A DNA stretch of 62,930 nt, the filler included, from Reticulomyxa filosa (taxonomy: Eukaryota > Protista > Foraminifera), in the NCBI GenBank assembly GCA_000512085.1. It is 20 parts of 20 records of this genome, joined end to end, with 100 filler letters (N's around TTAATTAATTAA, not from the genome) between each part and the next. Parts side by side here need not be neighbours in the genome. Positions count along the whole stretch, not along the records: positions 34,518 to 41,273 come from ASPP01007206.1; positions 41,374 to 42,703 come from ASPP01012391.1; positions 42,804 to 48,737 come from ASPP01012141.1; positions 48,838 to 50,772 come from ASPP01039253.1; 16 more parts are not named here. One strand, written 5' to 3'. Made by a program: the position numbers and the translations under genes. Below the pieces are notes generated by a model. That model saw nothing but the letters and a program-made list of their open reading frames with translations. It did not search any database and was not told the DNA's origin. Shown one piece after another: positions 37,386-50,872 of the stretch. The stretch's first letter is position 1. Every line of letters begins with the position of its first letter.

Positions 37386-38765
37386 CAATTTTTTTTTATT
37401 TTGACAAAAGAAGAAAGAAAAAACTCATCCAACTCTTAATAATAAGTAAAAGAAAAAAAAAAAAAAAAAAGGCGGCTTAAATGAGACAACACATGCAATT
37501 GTTTTTTTTGTTTTTTTTTGTTAAACCACTTTTAATTTGTCTTTCTTTTGTGTTTTGTTGTCTTGAAACTTACTTTTTGTAAAACGATGTGCCTGTGTTG
37601 TATGTGTGCGACCTACTTATCCTACCCTCTCCCAATCCCTCGTGCGATGTACACAAATAAAAAAACAAACTACAGTTTATGATAGATCTTTATACGCATT
37701 TTTTGTTGTTGTCGTTGTTTTGCAGGAAGAACAGATGTTTTGAAGACCAACAAAAATCCTCGTCTTCTCAACGGATTAGGGGAGTACTTGTAAAATTGTC
37801 AATGTTGATTTGGTTGTGTTGTTTGTGTAAGATGTAAACCAATAACAAAAAAAAAAAAAAATCAAAATAAAAAAGCTTAAAAAAAAATTGAAAAAAAAAA
37901 ATAGTAACGTTAAACGCTGTCAAAGTAAAAAACAAAAACAAAAAAAAATTTTATTTGTTTTTCCTTTCGTTTTTTTTTGTTGTCCTTTCCTTTTGTTTGT
38001 TTTCTTGTCTTGTTTTTGTGAATACCTCTATTTACATCCTAAGCTACAGATCTTCCTTGTTTTTGGACGCGTTGAATTTTTTTTGCACATTTGCTTCGAC
38101 CTCCGCAAGAGTACGAATGTGCATCTATTGAAAAGTGACATTACGTGAGCAGTCTTTCATTTGTTTTTTTTTTTAAGGCTGGAGGTATACTTATTGAATT
38201 TTTTTCGATTATGAAAAATCAAAGACAAACAACACTATGGACTGTGGTTTATGTGTTGACAAATGAAACCAAAAGTATGAATTCCTTATGCTTTTCTGTG
38301 TTTTGGTGTTTGTGTTTGATGAATGAGTTTTTTCTTTGTGTGCTTTTCATTTTGTTCTGAGAAAGTCTTTTTTATACTAATTTACAAACGTTGTTTTTTT
38401 TCGAATGAAATTATCATCTTTAATACAAAGTTTCCATTGGTCCAAAAATCAACAAGAAACAGATCTAATACTGTTTACATAATTTTATGGCTGTATAATT
38501 AGAAGAAATTGGATTATCCCAGGGATAAGTTTTCAATATTTTCCTTGTTGAACAAAATTCATAAAAATCCCCAGCGATTATTTTGAAAGCAAGAGAATAC
38601 TAACAAAAAAAAATTTGAACAAATGCAACGAACCGTGTATCACACGACTTTTTACAAACCAAAGAAAAAAAAGAACAACAATAAACGAATGACCCGAACA
38701 GACAAAGAAACAACGACAAATTAACAGATAAAAAAGTTGGTTGTTTCACAAGCTGTAGCGAGAGT

Positions 38766-41231
38766 TTAAAATAAAGAAAAAACTCCCCTGGTAATCTCTT
38801 CGCTGGTACCATTGTCGAGCTCATCATTGACTTTCTTATCATCGTAATTAGTGACATCGGCATCGGAGGAAGTGCTTTCGGTTTCACTTTCTTCGAGGAC
38901 AGGGCCTTGCCTGACCACCTCCATGACGTTGCTATGTGATACCCAAGGCATCTTCAAATACGCAGAGTCAGTGTCACTTTTAGAAGGAGTTTTGCGTCTG
39001 GGGATATTGGGAGGATTGAAATTGGGATGGAGCGAGTTTAAGAACTCATCATAGTTGATTTTACCATCCATATCAACATCGACCTTCGCCATGGCCGCAT
39101 CGAGCGTGGATACTTCAACATGCGGGAAGGTCTTTGTATCGGCATGTTGTTCAACGCCCAAGAGTTTGCGTGCCTTTTCGTTGGTGCGTGCTTCCTCCTT
39201 TTCGAGTTGAAGTATTTTATCGTGCAGTTCTTTTTTCGTAATGTACCCATCGTTGTCAGTGTCCAACTCGCGAAAGGTTTCATAGAGACGTTCGTCAGTG
39301 GCCACAGCACGTTGAAAAGCAAAAGCAGTGAGCAGTTCCTCAAAGTCGATTTCTTTGGAGTTGTCCAAGTCGACAGCGGCGAACATGGACTCGAGTTCAG
39401 TTTCCGAGTACCCAAGATTGTAGCTGTTCATAGCTTTTTTGAACTCGATGAGCGACAGCTTTTGGTCATTGTTAGCGTCGAAGCTCTTGAACCATGACTC
39501 CAAACGTTTGTACTCGACGGTGGGAAGTTTGTGAGCCAGGATCTGCGATATGAGCACGCGGAACTTGCACTGGTTGGTGAACTTGGTCAGCGCGTCGTGG
39601 ATCGTGTGATCTAGCGTCTTGTCGCTGGCCGTGCTGAACCACTCGTGGTCGAGCGCCTCCTTCACCGTGATGCGATCCTTCACCGAAGTGGTCAGCATGC
39701 GCTCGATCAGATTTTTCACGTTCTGCGACACAACGCGATTGGCCGGAAACCATGAACCCAGTCCTTCCTTTTGCACCGGCTGAAAGCCTTGCAAGATCTT
39801 GCCAAAGATACGGTCGTTCACACTTATGTCCGTCAGCTTCTTGTCGTCGAAAAATGGAGGGTAGCCGAACAACATGAAAAACAGGATCACACCGCAACTC
39901 CATACGTCCGCCGCCGCATCGTAGTCACCAGCAATCACTTCGGGTGCCACAAAGTGCACTGTCCCTACCAACCCGTTCCTCTTTGTCAGTCGTGGAATCA
40001 CGCGCGCCACGCCAAAGTCCACCACTTGCACCGGCGCGTCCTTCTCCGTCGACGCAAACATCACATTGCTCGGCTTCAGGTCCAAATGCGCGATAAAGTT
40101 GCTATGCAAAAACTGCACGCCTTCCAGTATCTGCCGCATTATGTCGGAGATCTCTTCCTCCGACATCTGCGGCTTGTTCGACAAGTACTGGTCCAGTGTA
40201 CCGCCTCCGCAGAAGTTCGTTACCAAATACAGATGGTTGTGATCTTCAAACACATCGTAAAGCTATTTTTAAAAATAAAATTAAAAAAATAATAATAATA
40301 ATAATAAAAAAAAAAGAGATGAAGGGAAGGTAACATTTATATATACACATACATATATGTATAAATGTTAGATTTGTATTGACACCCAATCAAAAAAAAA
40401 AAAAACAACAATAATTGGCACCCAATCAAAAACTATCAACAAAGATGTTTGACTAAACTTTAATAATGTTACGATAACCTCGAACCCATTTACTTCTCCT
40501 CTTCTTCTTCAAATGTCTCAAAATCTCCAACTCGTTCCTCATCATGGCCGCCATACTCTTTTCCCTTCGGAATCTCGCCTTGGGTATTTTCTTGACGGCG
40601 AACATCCTCGGCTTGTCCTGGATGAACTTGGTCTTGCTTCGACAGCGGTAGCAGTTTCCAAACTCGCCGCATCCCAGGAAATCGTCGTCCCAGTCGCATT
40701 CGTACAACTCGGTGAACTTGCGCTTGCGTCCCTCATCGTTTTCCGCCAGTATCTCCAATGTGTTCTGCTTTTGCACGTGCGGCACGTCGCCCAGGACCCA
40801 AATCAGTTTACTCGGCACGTTGGGTTGTGTCAAGAGATTGCCGTTGGGAGGAGCGTTGTTCAGTGGCTTGGTCTTCGCGTCGCTAGCTTCGGTATTGTCA
40901 TCGTCTTTCTTGTCGTCTTTGTCATTGTTTTTATCTTTGTCAGTATCTTTATTTTTATTTTTATCTTTATTTTTATCAGTATCTTTACTTTTATTTTTAT
41001 CTGTATTTTTATCTGTATTTTTATCTTTGTCATTATTTTTGTTTTTATCGTTCTTGTTACTGACATTAATTTTATTGGTACTTTTGTTCTGATTGCCATT
41101 GGCACTCTTGTCAGTCTTCCTGTTTGGAGTAGGAGTTGTCACTATTGTAACTGTACTAACATTTTTATTTTTCACTTTGTTGTCCTTGTTTACATTGTTA
41201 TTATTTGTTTTATTGTTATTATTAGTTGGAG

Positions 41232-41273
<42 letters not shown>
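38766..41273 (-). CDS. Calcium-dependent protein kinase (kinase plus 4 EF-hands), 5' partial
   Basis: LGCGEFG, AVKK, an intron at about 40458-40263, HLDLKPSN, DFG, APE and DVWSCG. EF loops DANNDQKLSLIE, DLDNSKEIDFEE, DTDNDGYITKKE and DVDMDGKINYDE. Confidence 0.95.
40915..41055 (-). repeat. Coding (DKNK/DKNT)n minisatellite in the CDPK N-terminus
   Basis: Imperfect 12-nt units such as GATAAAAATAAA and GATAAAAATACA. Confidence 0.8.
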
Positions 41274-41545
41274 NNNNNNNNNNNNNNNNNNNNNNNNNNN
41301 NNNNNNNNNNNNNNNNNTTAATTAATTAANNNNNNNNNNNNNNNNNNNNNNNNNNNNNNNNNNNNNNNNNNNNAAAAAGGCGATCGGAGTCAAAAAAAAA
41401 AAAAACATTACTGAACATGTTCACTAACCAATCAAGGTGATCGACCTTTTTTTGATGTGCCCCTTTCTTCTCTTTCTTTTTCGATGGACCGATCATCTCG
41501 AGCCATCGCCACTTAAAAAAAAAAAAAAAGGGAAAAAATAAGGGC

Positions 41546-42703
41546 TCATGAATCGATGCTACCGTATCGAAACTTATCACACTCATTAGAAGTTTTGCAA
41601 GATGAAAAAAAAGTAATTAATCGTCGATACTTTTGTTTCTCTTTGGTGGTTAAACTATGCCACATGTTTTTCAATTGCCATGGGTCTTTATCCAAATGGT
41701 AATATTCGCCTTCGGATTCAGGCGTGTTTGCCATGCATGGAGCTTTGTGCATGGCACTATCGAAACAAGTGAATTCACAATAGATTTTTCCCAACACGTC
41801 CCCTTTGGTACGTTCAATTTCGCGAATGCATCTGAAAGTATTATTCCAGGCATCTTGTAAGGTCGGTTCAAATCCAAAGTCCCTTCTCTCCCCGGCCGTG
41901 GTGGAGATGGTTAAATGTCCACCCGCCATCCCGTAATACTCTACCAGAAATCGTTCATCGACAGACTTGATTTCCTCGTTGGCATCGTCTTGCGACAGTA
42001 AAATCGGAACGATTGACCTCCCGTCTACGTGTGGAGGTGCAAAACCTTGTGCCAGATCTACCAAAGTCGGCGCAATGTCGATATTCAATACAATTCCATC
42101 ATAATAGGAATTTGGACGGATACCTGTTATCCACGCCGATTGAAAACAAAACCAAAAAAAAAAAAAAAGTAACAAATAAAGCACGGAAAATCGCAACGAA
42201 AGAGTGTACAAAAAATCAGCACACAAATATATAAATACATAAATACATACACATTATATACATGTATATATGTTTATGAATGAGCACCTAAAGATCTACT
42301 TAAGGAAGGGGGGGGGGGAGGAAGGGGAGAAGAACAAAAAAAAAGACCAGTTAAAAAAAAAAAAAATAAACAACGAAGACTTTTAACCAGGGCCTTTGAC
42401 ATAGAAAGGGACCCGAATGTCAGTTTCGTAAGGTTGTCGTTTTTCATACATCAAGCTGTTTTGCCCTAAATGATAACCATTGTCGCTGGTGAAGAAGAAA
42501 TAAGTGTCATCAATCAACCCCATCTCCTTGTCGATGAATTGGTGAACGTCATAAATCAAGTCGTCCACACTCATCAACGTCCCCAGACGCTCTCGATAGC
42601 AAATGTCGATGTGATTGATCCTCGACTCGTCCAAGCATGGCGCCTCGCGCACAGGAATGTGTTTATCTCCGCTGTCCTTGCCACAGCGTCCAAAGTTGGG
42701 CGT
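41546..42703 (-). CDS. N-acetylglucosamine-6-sulfatase-like sulfatase, C-terminal part
   Basis: RLGTLMSVDD, TYFFFTSDNGYHLGQ, KRQPYETDIRVPFYVKGPG|I, NIDIAPTLVDLA, DGRS and EYYHLDKDPWQLKN. Confidence 0.92.
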
Positions 42704-42803
42704 NNNNNNNNNNNNNNNNNNNNNNNNNNNNNNNNNNNNNNNNNNNNTTAATTAATTAANNNNNNNNNNNNNNNNNNNNNNNNNNNNNNNNNNNNNNNNN
42801 NNN

Positions 42804-45800
42804 AGAATATTTTTTTAACCTCTTGGTCAAAGTGGTCTTTTTTTTTTGAAAAGAAAAAAAAAGACATTCCTTAGCTGATTCAAATGTGTCTTTTTTTTTT
42901 CTCTCCCCTTTTCTTTAAAAAGAAAACCTCAACTGTCACAACGAAATAAAGTGCAATTGGATATCGCTGCATTGAATACACTCAAAAACATATCTTCTTG
43001 TTCAGTGCGAAGAAGCGAGCCTAATCCTTCAAAATCCAGGATTACGTACATGACATGTTTTACAACGCAAATACTCAACCACACTCCGTCTATGACACAA
43101 CAATTTTGACAATTAAAAAAAAGTTTGCGAAACATTGGAAAAAAAAAGTCAAACCAGTGCATCTAGCCCCGCTTACAGCAAACTTAGTTCCAAAGAGATG
43201 ATTGAGTCTACAAATTTAAACATTTCAATTTTCTTTTTTTTTAAAAAAAAAGGTCATTGTAAGTAGCATGTATAAAAAAAAAAGAACTGATAGGATTTCC
43301 CGGTGGACTGCTTTCCCATTGACGTTACTATCCGTACGGGTCCCTCCCATGCTTTGATCAAACCATCATACGCACTATACATACATATGTACAATGTATA
43401 TACGTTAATAATAATAATCTATACAATGTAAAGTATAAAAATAGCGTAGATTAATTTCCTTAACCCAAATCGTATTTTTGTACACAAAGCAATTGGATTT
43501 TCTTTCCATCTTGAGTATCGTTCGTAATCATCAGTTCCATTGTACATGACACAAAAGTCATTATCTTTGCCTCGTGCGATTTGAACGGGCATTTGTGAAA
43601 TGATTTTTTGGATGAACGTTTCGCCACTTATAATTTTCTTTGATTGGGGTGTACTCGCTATGATTTCCTTTAACGATTCAAACTTTGTTAGTTGCTTTGC
43701 AGAACATGACCATTCCAACGATGCGAAATTTTTCCCTATATACGTATACATACAACGTGGCTTCCAAAAAAAAAAATTATTTTTTTTTTTGTCTTTTCTT
43801 CTTTCTCTGGTCTATTTGCTTCCCAAAGCATTACAAAAAAAAACAAACAAGTCAATACCTGTACTAAAATGGACATTTTTTTGAGCTTGACTAATACAAC
43901 GTTTGGTGGTATGATAGATACTATCTTCATCGACATCTTCTCCAAATATGGTAAATGTGGTATGCAGTACTAAGGACCCCAAATGATCAAGAAAAACTGG
44001 CAGAGTTCCAAATTTGTCCAACGTCATCTCTAAATAATCCATCTTTTTTTTGTTTTGTTTTATTTAAAACGTTAAAACTTCAAAGGCTATATATAAATGT
44101 ATACATGTACATATATATATGTTGCATAAACAAAATAAAAAAAACTCTTGTTCTGGAAAGTGTTGTGTTTAAGTTGGTGTCATTCAAAGTGCCAATTGTA
44201 GTTTGCAAGCTGCGCTCTTGCGTCGCAATCTTCATTGGATACATATTCAAAGTCCATTTTTGTTGTGACTTGACAATGACACACAAGTGCCATACGTTAT
44301 TGATCTGCTTCAATCGAAATGTTTGAGGATCCACATTGTCCGCGTTTATCGACTCCGGCAGCTTCACTGCCGGCAGCCATACCTTGTGTTTAATTAAAAG
44401 CACGTCCATGGTAATTCTGTTGGGACTACCCGGTGTAGAGGCGCTCATTATCGCATCATTGTCTTTTTTGCTGTCGCTTTCCATTTCACGACGGAATGCC
44501 AATAAATAAGCCCCATTATTTGTTGTCAAAAATGACAAATATTGTCTTTCAAGAGAAAAATATGACCCCTTTATTATTATTATTTTTTAAGCTTAGTGAC
44601 CAAAGAGGGAGACCAAAAAAATATATATGAATTTATGACTTATACACACAACCTCAAATGCACGATTTAACACATTCCACGTATAAAGCAAATTGTCAGT
44701 GGTGATGAAAAGAAGCAGGCTGCCAGCGAACAGCATGTATCGAACTTTGAAAGCCCATTCATTAAATGTCGGGTCGCTCAAAGTTAACTTTGACTTCAAT
44801 TCCAAATCTTTGAACGACAACGTACTAAAAAACTCAACGATGTAGGACTGCGTGGCTTCTGATCCGGGATGTTTATCTCCATAACCGAGATTCCACATAC
44901 CAGCTAGCAGATTCAACTGCTCACTGTACGCTGCCAATTTGAAGCCCAGACGCAAAGCAAGTTTCGGTGACTCTGTGTTGATCTTGAGGTTATGAGAATG
45001 GACAATGATCCCAGCTTGTTCTTTCTCCTCCGTTTCATCATACTTCACTATCAGCAAAAATTCCTTTGCTGTTTTTTGGGCCATCCTATGTGTACGTATC
45101 ATATGATATGTAGAATGGATTAACACATAACACCATATATATATGTATATATGTATAATATATTTGCAAAAGAGAGCGAAACAAAAAAAATGGAGGCCCA
45201 TCAAAACTGCAAGTGTTGCTTTTCGAAAATGTTGTAGTGCATGGTGTTTCGGATAATCTTTTCTTCCTTATCAAAGTGGTCAATATGATTACAGATAAGG
45301 AAATGCATCACGTCATGAGGTGGCAACAGCTCTTCAATTACTACGTCCAACTCGTACGTATCTCTATCCAATTTTTGAATGGAGCTAATCTTGCACGGGC
45401 GCTTGTGGTCGTTTGGACCTGCATCGGGGGCCAACCGCTTCGTCATTTCCTTTCGCATCCATTCAATCACTTCTTGAAGCCGTTGTTCTTCTGACCGATT
45501 CTCCGTGTATTTACGGCTGGAAAAGTACGTATTCTTCTTGGCTTTGTAATAATCTGCCGTTTTGTGCTTCCAATTCTCTCTCTGATTGTCTAAAATGGCT
45601 TTCCATTCCTCTACCAGGTCCTTCCGGGCATCCGTTTTAAGCCTTGTTGCTTTCTCTTCATCATACTTTTTCATCATCGTGGTGAATTTTTCCTGCATCT
45701 GCTGTTTCAGATCCTCGTAATTCAGAGGGCGATCTTTCCAATCTGGGATAACATTCACAAAAAAATAAAGGTTATATCATAAAAAAAATATATATATGTA

Positions 45801-48023
45801 TACATATATAGAGAGAGATTGTTTGCCAAAAAAATTAACACACAAAACAAAGTTGGTAAGATTGAAAGTGTCATTAACTTGGCTCGTCTTCTTTTTGTAA
45901 GCCACTCCAAACTTCTCTCATTTTAGTCATTGGGATATGGTCACGTTCCAAATGGTCCAGTTTTTCTCGAATAATTTCATGGACATGCTTGGAGAAACTG
46001 CTCCAACCACGAGAGCATTTGATTTGGAAATAACATGCTTGAAAATGTCGATTCTGGAGCATTTTTTTTTAAAAAAACTTATACATATAATTTATATCAC
46101 TGTTTTTTTTTTTTTTTTTGTGTATGCATTGAATTTATTTTGTTTCTCTAAAATTCCAAACTTCTAATGAAATCACCCAAGCTTGTGCCTCGTTTTGCAG
46201 TGAACTGAGGAATTCGTTATGATTTTTTTTTTCGGTTTTCAACATGCTCTCAAACTCCTGTGTTTCAAGACATATTACCACACAAAGCCTTATCGATCAA
46301 GTTGCAAAGAATACAAAGACAAATATGACCTTGGCCAAGTCGGGAAATAGTTCCTTTGAAAGTAGCAACAGTCCTTCCACGTCGAGCTTGGGTTCGATGG
46401 ACAGAGCATACTCTGTCGGGAGCTTTCGCAATCCACTCGAGTCTTTTTTCAGCTGTCGCTGCATCTCTCTTGTTTTATCCGTTAGTTTATACGTCGCCGC
46501 AACTCCAAAAAATTGCGAACCGTCAATCAAGTGTACTTGCCAAGGTTCCTTGTATTTGATATCAGATGGTATGTACGCATGTTTTTTTAAAAAAAAAAAA
46601 AATATATATATATGTATATGTGTATATGTATATAAATGTATATACATATATGTACACGAGAAAAATCTTTTTTTTTTCCCCTCCCAACATGATCATCTTT
46701 GACGTATCTCAAATCGAGATTGTTCAATTTCAAAGCAATGGAAATTGGAGCATCATCCAACAATACTTCGTTTTTTTGTGTTTCGCGGATTTTATATTGC
46801 ATCGATCTCCCTTTCGGGCCTCGCTGTGGCGCCTTTTGCGAGCACTGGAGTAAATAGGTCTCCGTGTCTACGCTGGTGAGTGGAAAGCAAACAGTGGAGC
46901 CAATTTCGTGACAAATCCTGGCAAACAACGCGACCATGTCCGCGGCATTATCCTGAAAATCTCCAGACATGCACCAATAAAACAACACAATGGTCAAGTG
47001 TTTGGGGCATTTCGGGATACGTTTTGGCAATATCGCATACAAGCCCGGATGTAATCGTTTCGTAGTGGATTGCAGCTTCTTCATTCTATTTTATGGCAAT
47101 AATCAACCACATATATTACGACTAAAAAAAGCGGAAAAAAAATATATACGTACACATATATTAAATAAATAGCTACAAAACAAATCATTTGCCAATAATT
47201 TGAAATGGCTTAATTGCGCGATAACTTCGCTTCTTTCTCCAAACAAACATATTGGTGTGATCTTTGTGTGCTTTGTCGCCTCAAAGTCAATCCAATTGGC
47301 TTGGTTCCTACTCCCATCTGCCCAAATGCAATTCACAAACGACTCCAATTTTTCTGGGCTGAGGATACACTTGTCTACGTATCCCTCTTGCGCTTCAGTT
47401 ACTATTTCGTACAATGTAGCGATTATTTCATTCTCGCCCACAATTAGTCCTGGCTTGCCCTCCATCATATTCAGGTCCCGCATTTCAATATTGGGGTCAA
47501 TTCCGTCATCTTCTTCTTTGTTGTCGCTGTCGGCATCGTTCTCATTCATTTCTGGAGTCTTTTCTTTTTCTGGTCAAATACACGACGGTGTTTACAAAAG
47601 GAAGGGAGTTTATTTTACACATAATAAACTCTGCCACAAAACTGATTGGATTTTTTTTTGGGATGGATGGGATTTCCTTGGAACTTTTTTTCATGTTTGT
47701 TATGTTTTATTGATAGATAATATTTTTTTGTTTGGACAAAAAAAATAGTGGCTTGTGATTAACTTGTCATCTTCTTCGTTTTGCGCACGGAGATCGTCTA
47801 ACTTGCTCTTGAGTCTCTTTTTTGTTGCAGTAGCTTTTATGTCAGCCGCTTTGAAAATATCCTCCCAATCTGTTTGTTCCAAGCTCAGAACGTCTTTCAT
47901 TGTCAAACAATCTTGTGTTTCGGTCAATTCAGTCCATAGTTTCTTTGCAACCTCTTCTTTGATTTCCGCCGATGTTATTAAAAATGAAAGTATTTCATGT
48001 ATTCCATTTTCATTTGCTGCCAT
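42804..48023 (-). CDS. Very large GB1/RHD3-type (GBP/atlastin/VLIG-related) P-loop GTPase with a SAM-like N-terminus; about 15 exons, 3' partial
   Basis: Spliced motifs IVTSMGKQSTGKSYQ|LNHLFGTKFAVSGARCT|DGVWLS..ILDFEGLGS..EQEDMFLSVFNAAIS give G1 (43293-43316), the G2 Thr and G3 DxEG. Exon 1 is helical and SAM-like. Confidence 0.8.
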
Positions 48024-48837
48024 AGTCTTCCACTTTACTTTTTTTTTCCTTTGACTTCGCAGAATTAATATCCACTAGTTTTTTGTTTAATTATTTTCCT
48101 ACTGTTTTTTTAATATATTATTAGCGACATACTGGTCCAAGATCTTTTGCAAACTCGCGAAACTTATTTTCGCGTGCCATGCTACACTTAATTTGTGCAA
48201 ATACACTTTACGCAGTTACACAAACAGTCTTAACTCATTTCGTATTTGTGAAAACTTATCAAAAGAAAATTGATAATATCGAAACAAATTAATTTGTAAT
48301 TTGTAATTGAAAAATAAACACATCTCAATAAATTATGTGAATATGCTAAATTTAGATGTTTCTATTAGTAATATATTTGATGTTGCAAAATAGTTGTTGT
48401 AGTGTTTTTGTCAAAAAAAATAATTGTAACATCCAATTTTGAAAAATGTTTGTAATGTTGGTTTTGTTCAATTTTGTTTTGTTTTAAATGTAACATACAT
48501 GATGCCACAAAGGTCTAATATAAAATGGCACATTATGATGATTATCAATTTTCTATTTGAAAAATCAACATTTTTGCAAATCATTGTTTCAAAGTGATTT
48601 TTTTCTACAATTTTTGCAATTACTAACTTTTTTATATTCTTATTATTAACTTATTTTTTAAAAAGTTTGCCATTCGTTTTGTTTGCTTGTTCTTATAATG
48701 TTTAGTTTATCAATATAACTTGAAAAATTTTTAAAAANNNNNNNNNNNNNNNNNNNNNNNNNNNNNNNNNNNNNNNNNNNNTTAATTAATTAANNNNNNN
48801 NNNNNNNNNNNNNNNNNNNNNNNNNNNNNNNNNNNNN

Positions 48838-49119
48838 TCTGTTGAATATTCACCATTTGTAATAAAGAATAGTAGTAATAATTCAAATGTGATATGTTCT
48901 GGATCAAGGGATAATACAATTCGTTTTTGGGATATTCGATCAAATAAGAATGAATTATATTCAATCGAAGGAGGTGATGAAGAAGATAATGGAATATTAT
49001 GTCTTAAATTTATATCATTGAAAAACAAAGTAAATGATGATAAACAAAAATCAAAAGATGATTGTTGTATTCATTTATATTATGGTTCATGTGATGGTCA
49101 AATTCGTGTTTGGGGATAA
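48838..49119 (+). CDS. WD40-repeat protein, C-terminal fragment
   Basis: VEYSPF..NVICSGSRDNTIRFWDIRS..GILCLKF..LYYGSCDGQIRVWG*. Confidence 0.9.
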   Translation, partial: SVEYSPFVIKNSSNNSNVICSGSRDNTIRFWDIRSNKNELYSIEGGDEEDNGILCLKFISLKNKVNDDKQKSKDDCCIHLYYGSCDGQIRVWG

Positions 49120-50552
49120 ATATGTGTGAATGAAATTTTGTTTTGATTTTCATTATTTTTGAATTTTTGTCATTTAAGAAAAAAAAGTTTTATAATATTT
49201 TTGTGCGCTTTTAATAAGATATTTGAGAAATAATTTGCTCTAAAACTGAATTTTGATATTTGATACTTTGAAAATCAAGAAATGCGTATCATTTAAAAAA
49301 TGTACAATATTTTTCAAACATTAATCATAATAAGCAACAGTTTCTCAAGATTAAATTGAGATCTACCAATGCTTGTTGTATTGAAGTAGTTTTCTTTTAA
49401 TACTTTTTTAGGATTGAAGTACAATTTTCAATAATAGAGACTTTACTACTGAATTAGCACTACTAACAAATTGCAAATAAATTTAAAATTAAACTTAAAC
49501 AAACGAATTAAGCAAAAATATTTTTAAAAACTATTCTTTTTTTTCTATATCAAGTCGCCACTATTATGTCACGCAATTATACAATATCATCTATATCAAT
49601 CTACAATTCCGGTATTATATTTGCATCGAGTCCTATGTCCCTGTGGAAGTCCACTTAGTTCTGTGCTATTCACATTCAAAGACTTTACAAAGTTTTTTTG
49701 TTGGTAATCTTCAAAGGGCAGTTTGTTTTTTGAAACATTTGATGAATCGGTAATGCGCGGAAACATCAACACAAAAAAGATAAGGAAAAGGAAGAAAAGA
49801 ACAAAAAACAAGTAGTGATGATTCTGTTTGAAAAAAAAAAGCGATAAAAGAGCAGCTCAAAGCCAATGGTGATAGTGTTGCATCAAGTAGCAATGTATCA
49901 AATGAAAAAAATTTTGATGTCCTTTATAATATAACAGAATTAAATAAACAAGTATTTACATATAGATATACATTTTAAATGAAATATAAATAACAAATAA
50001 TACTTATAGATATTTCATGAAAATAAAAACGGAGATAAAAGAAAAAGTATCGTGTTTATATAGTATACATTGAGACCCATAAAGTGGAGTGAACAACTAC
50101 TTCAAATTTTAAAAGTGAGTCGTATTTGGATTATCCATGTTGTTGAATTTTTTAAGTAGTTTTAACTTTTTTGAAAAAAACAAAATGTAATAAATAAAAA
50201 CAACAAATTCAAGGTTGAATTGATGTCTTTTTTGTTTTTTGTAAGGAGGCGAACTTATTTACTTATTATTCAACGAATTAAATAAAATTGATAAAAATAA
50301 CTTTAATTACGGGTTATGTAATCATCTAAAGAAATATCAATCCACAGCTTGTGAATCAAATTTCTTTACAATAAAGCAATTAAACTATTTCAAGTTAATT
50401 GATCAAAACATATAATTTATATAATTTATGCAATTACATATTACCAAAATATTTTTGACAACACATTTCTTTATTCTTGATTAAAAAAAAAACTCAATCA
50501 TTTTTCATTTTACATCAAAGAAGGCCTTATGCAAAAAAATAAAAAAGTTGAA

Positions 50553-50700
50553 AATGACAACTACTAAAACATTCACTGAACACACAAATTGCGTATACTG
50601 TTGAACATTCAATTTTGTTACGACTTCCACAAATGAGGATTTCGTGTTTGTATGGCACACATCGAGATTCAGAAAGTGGATTGAGTAACTCATTCAAAGT
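50553..50700 (+). pseudogene. Degraded WD40 repeat remnant
   Basis: MTTTKTFTEHTNCVYC*TF...DFVFVWH resembles a GH...WD blade and carries an in-frame stop. Confidence 0.4.
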
Positions 50701-50872
50701 TTAAAAGATGTAATAAGAAGTTAAATTTATTCAGTTTTTCTTTTAGAGATTTTTGTGTTGTATTTTGATCGGNNNNNNNNNNNNNNNNNNNNNNNNNNNN
50801 NNNNNNNNNNNNNNNNTTAATTAATTAANNNNNNNNNNNNNNNNNNNNNNNNNNNNNNNNNNNNNNNNNNNN

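Noticed and set aside
40513-41329. Long hydrophobic antisense ORFs (also 3542-4177, 20756-21488, 53120-53713, 54505-55025, 60817-61175)
   Set aside because: They are shadows of low-complexity K/D/E/N/P/T-rich coding sequence on the opposite strand.
49596-49811. SGLPQG motif reminiscent of non-LTR reverse transcriptase
   Set aside because: No following LSP or YADD motifs and no other RT domains.
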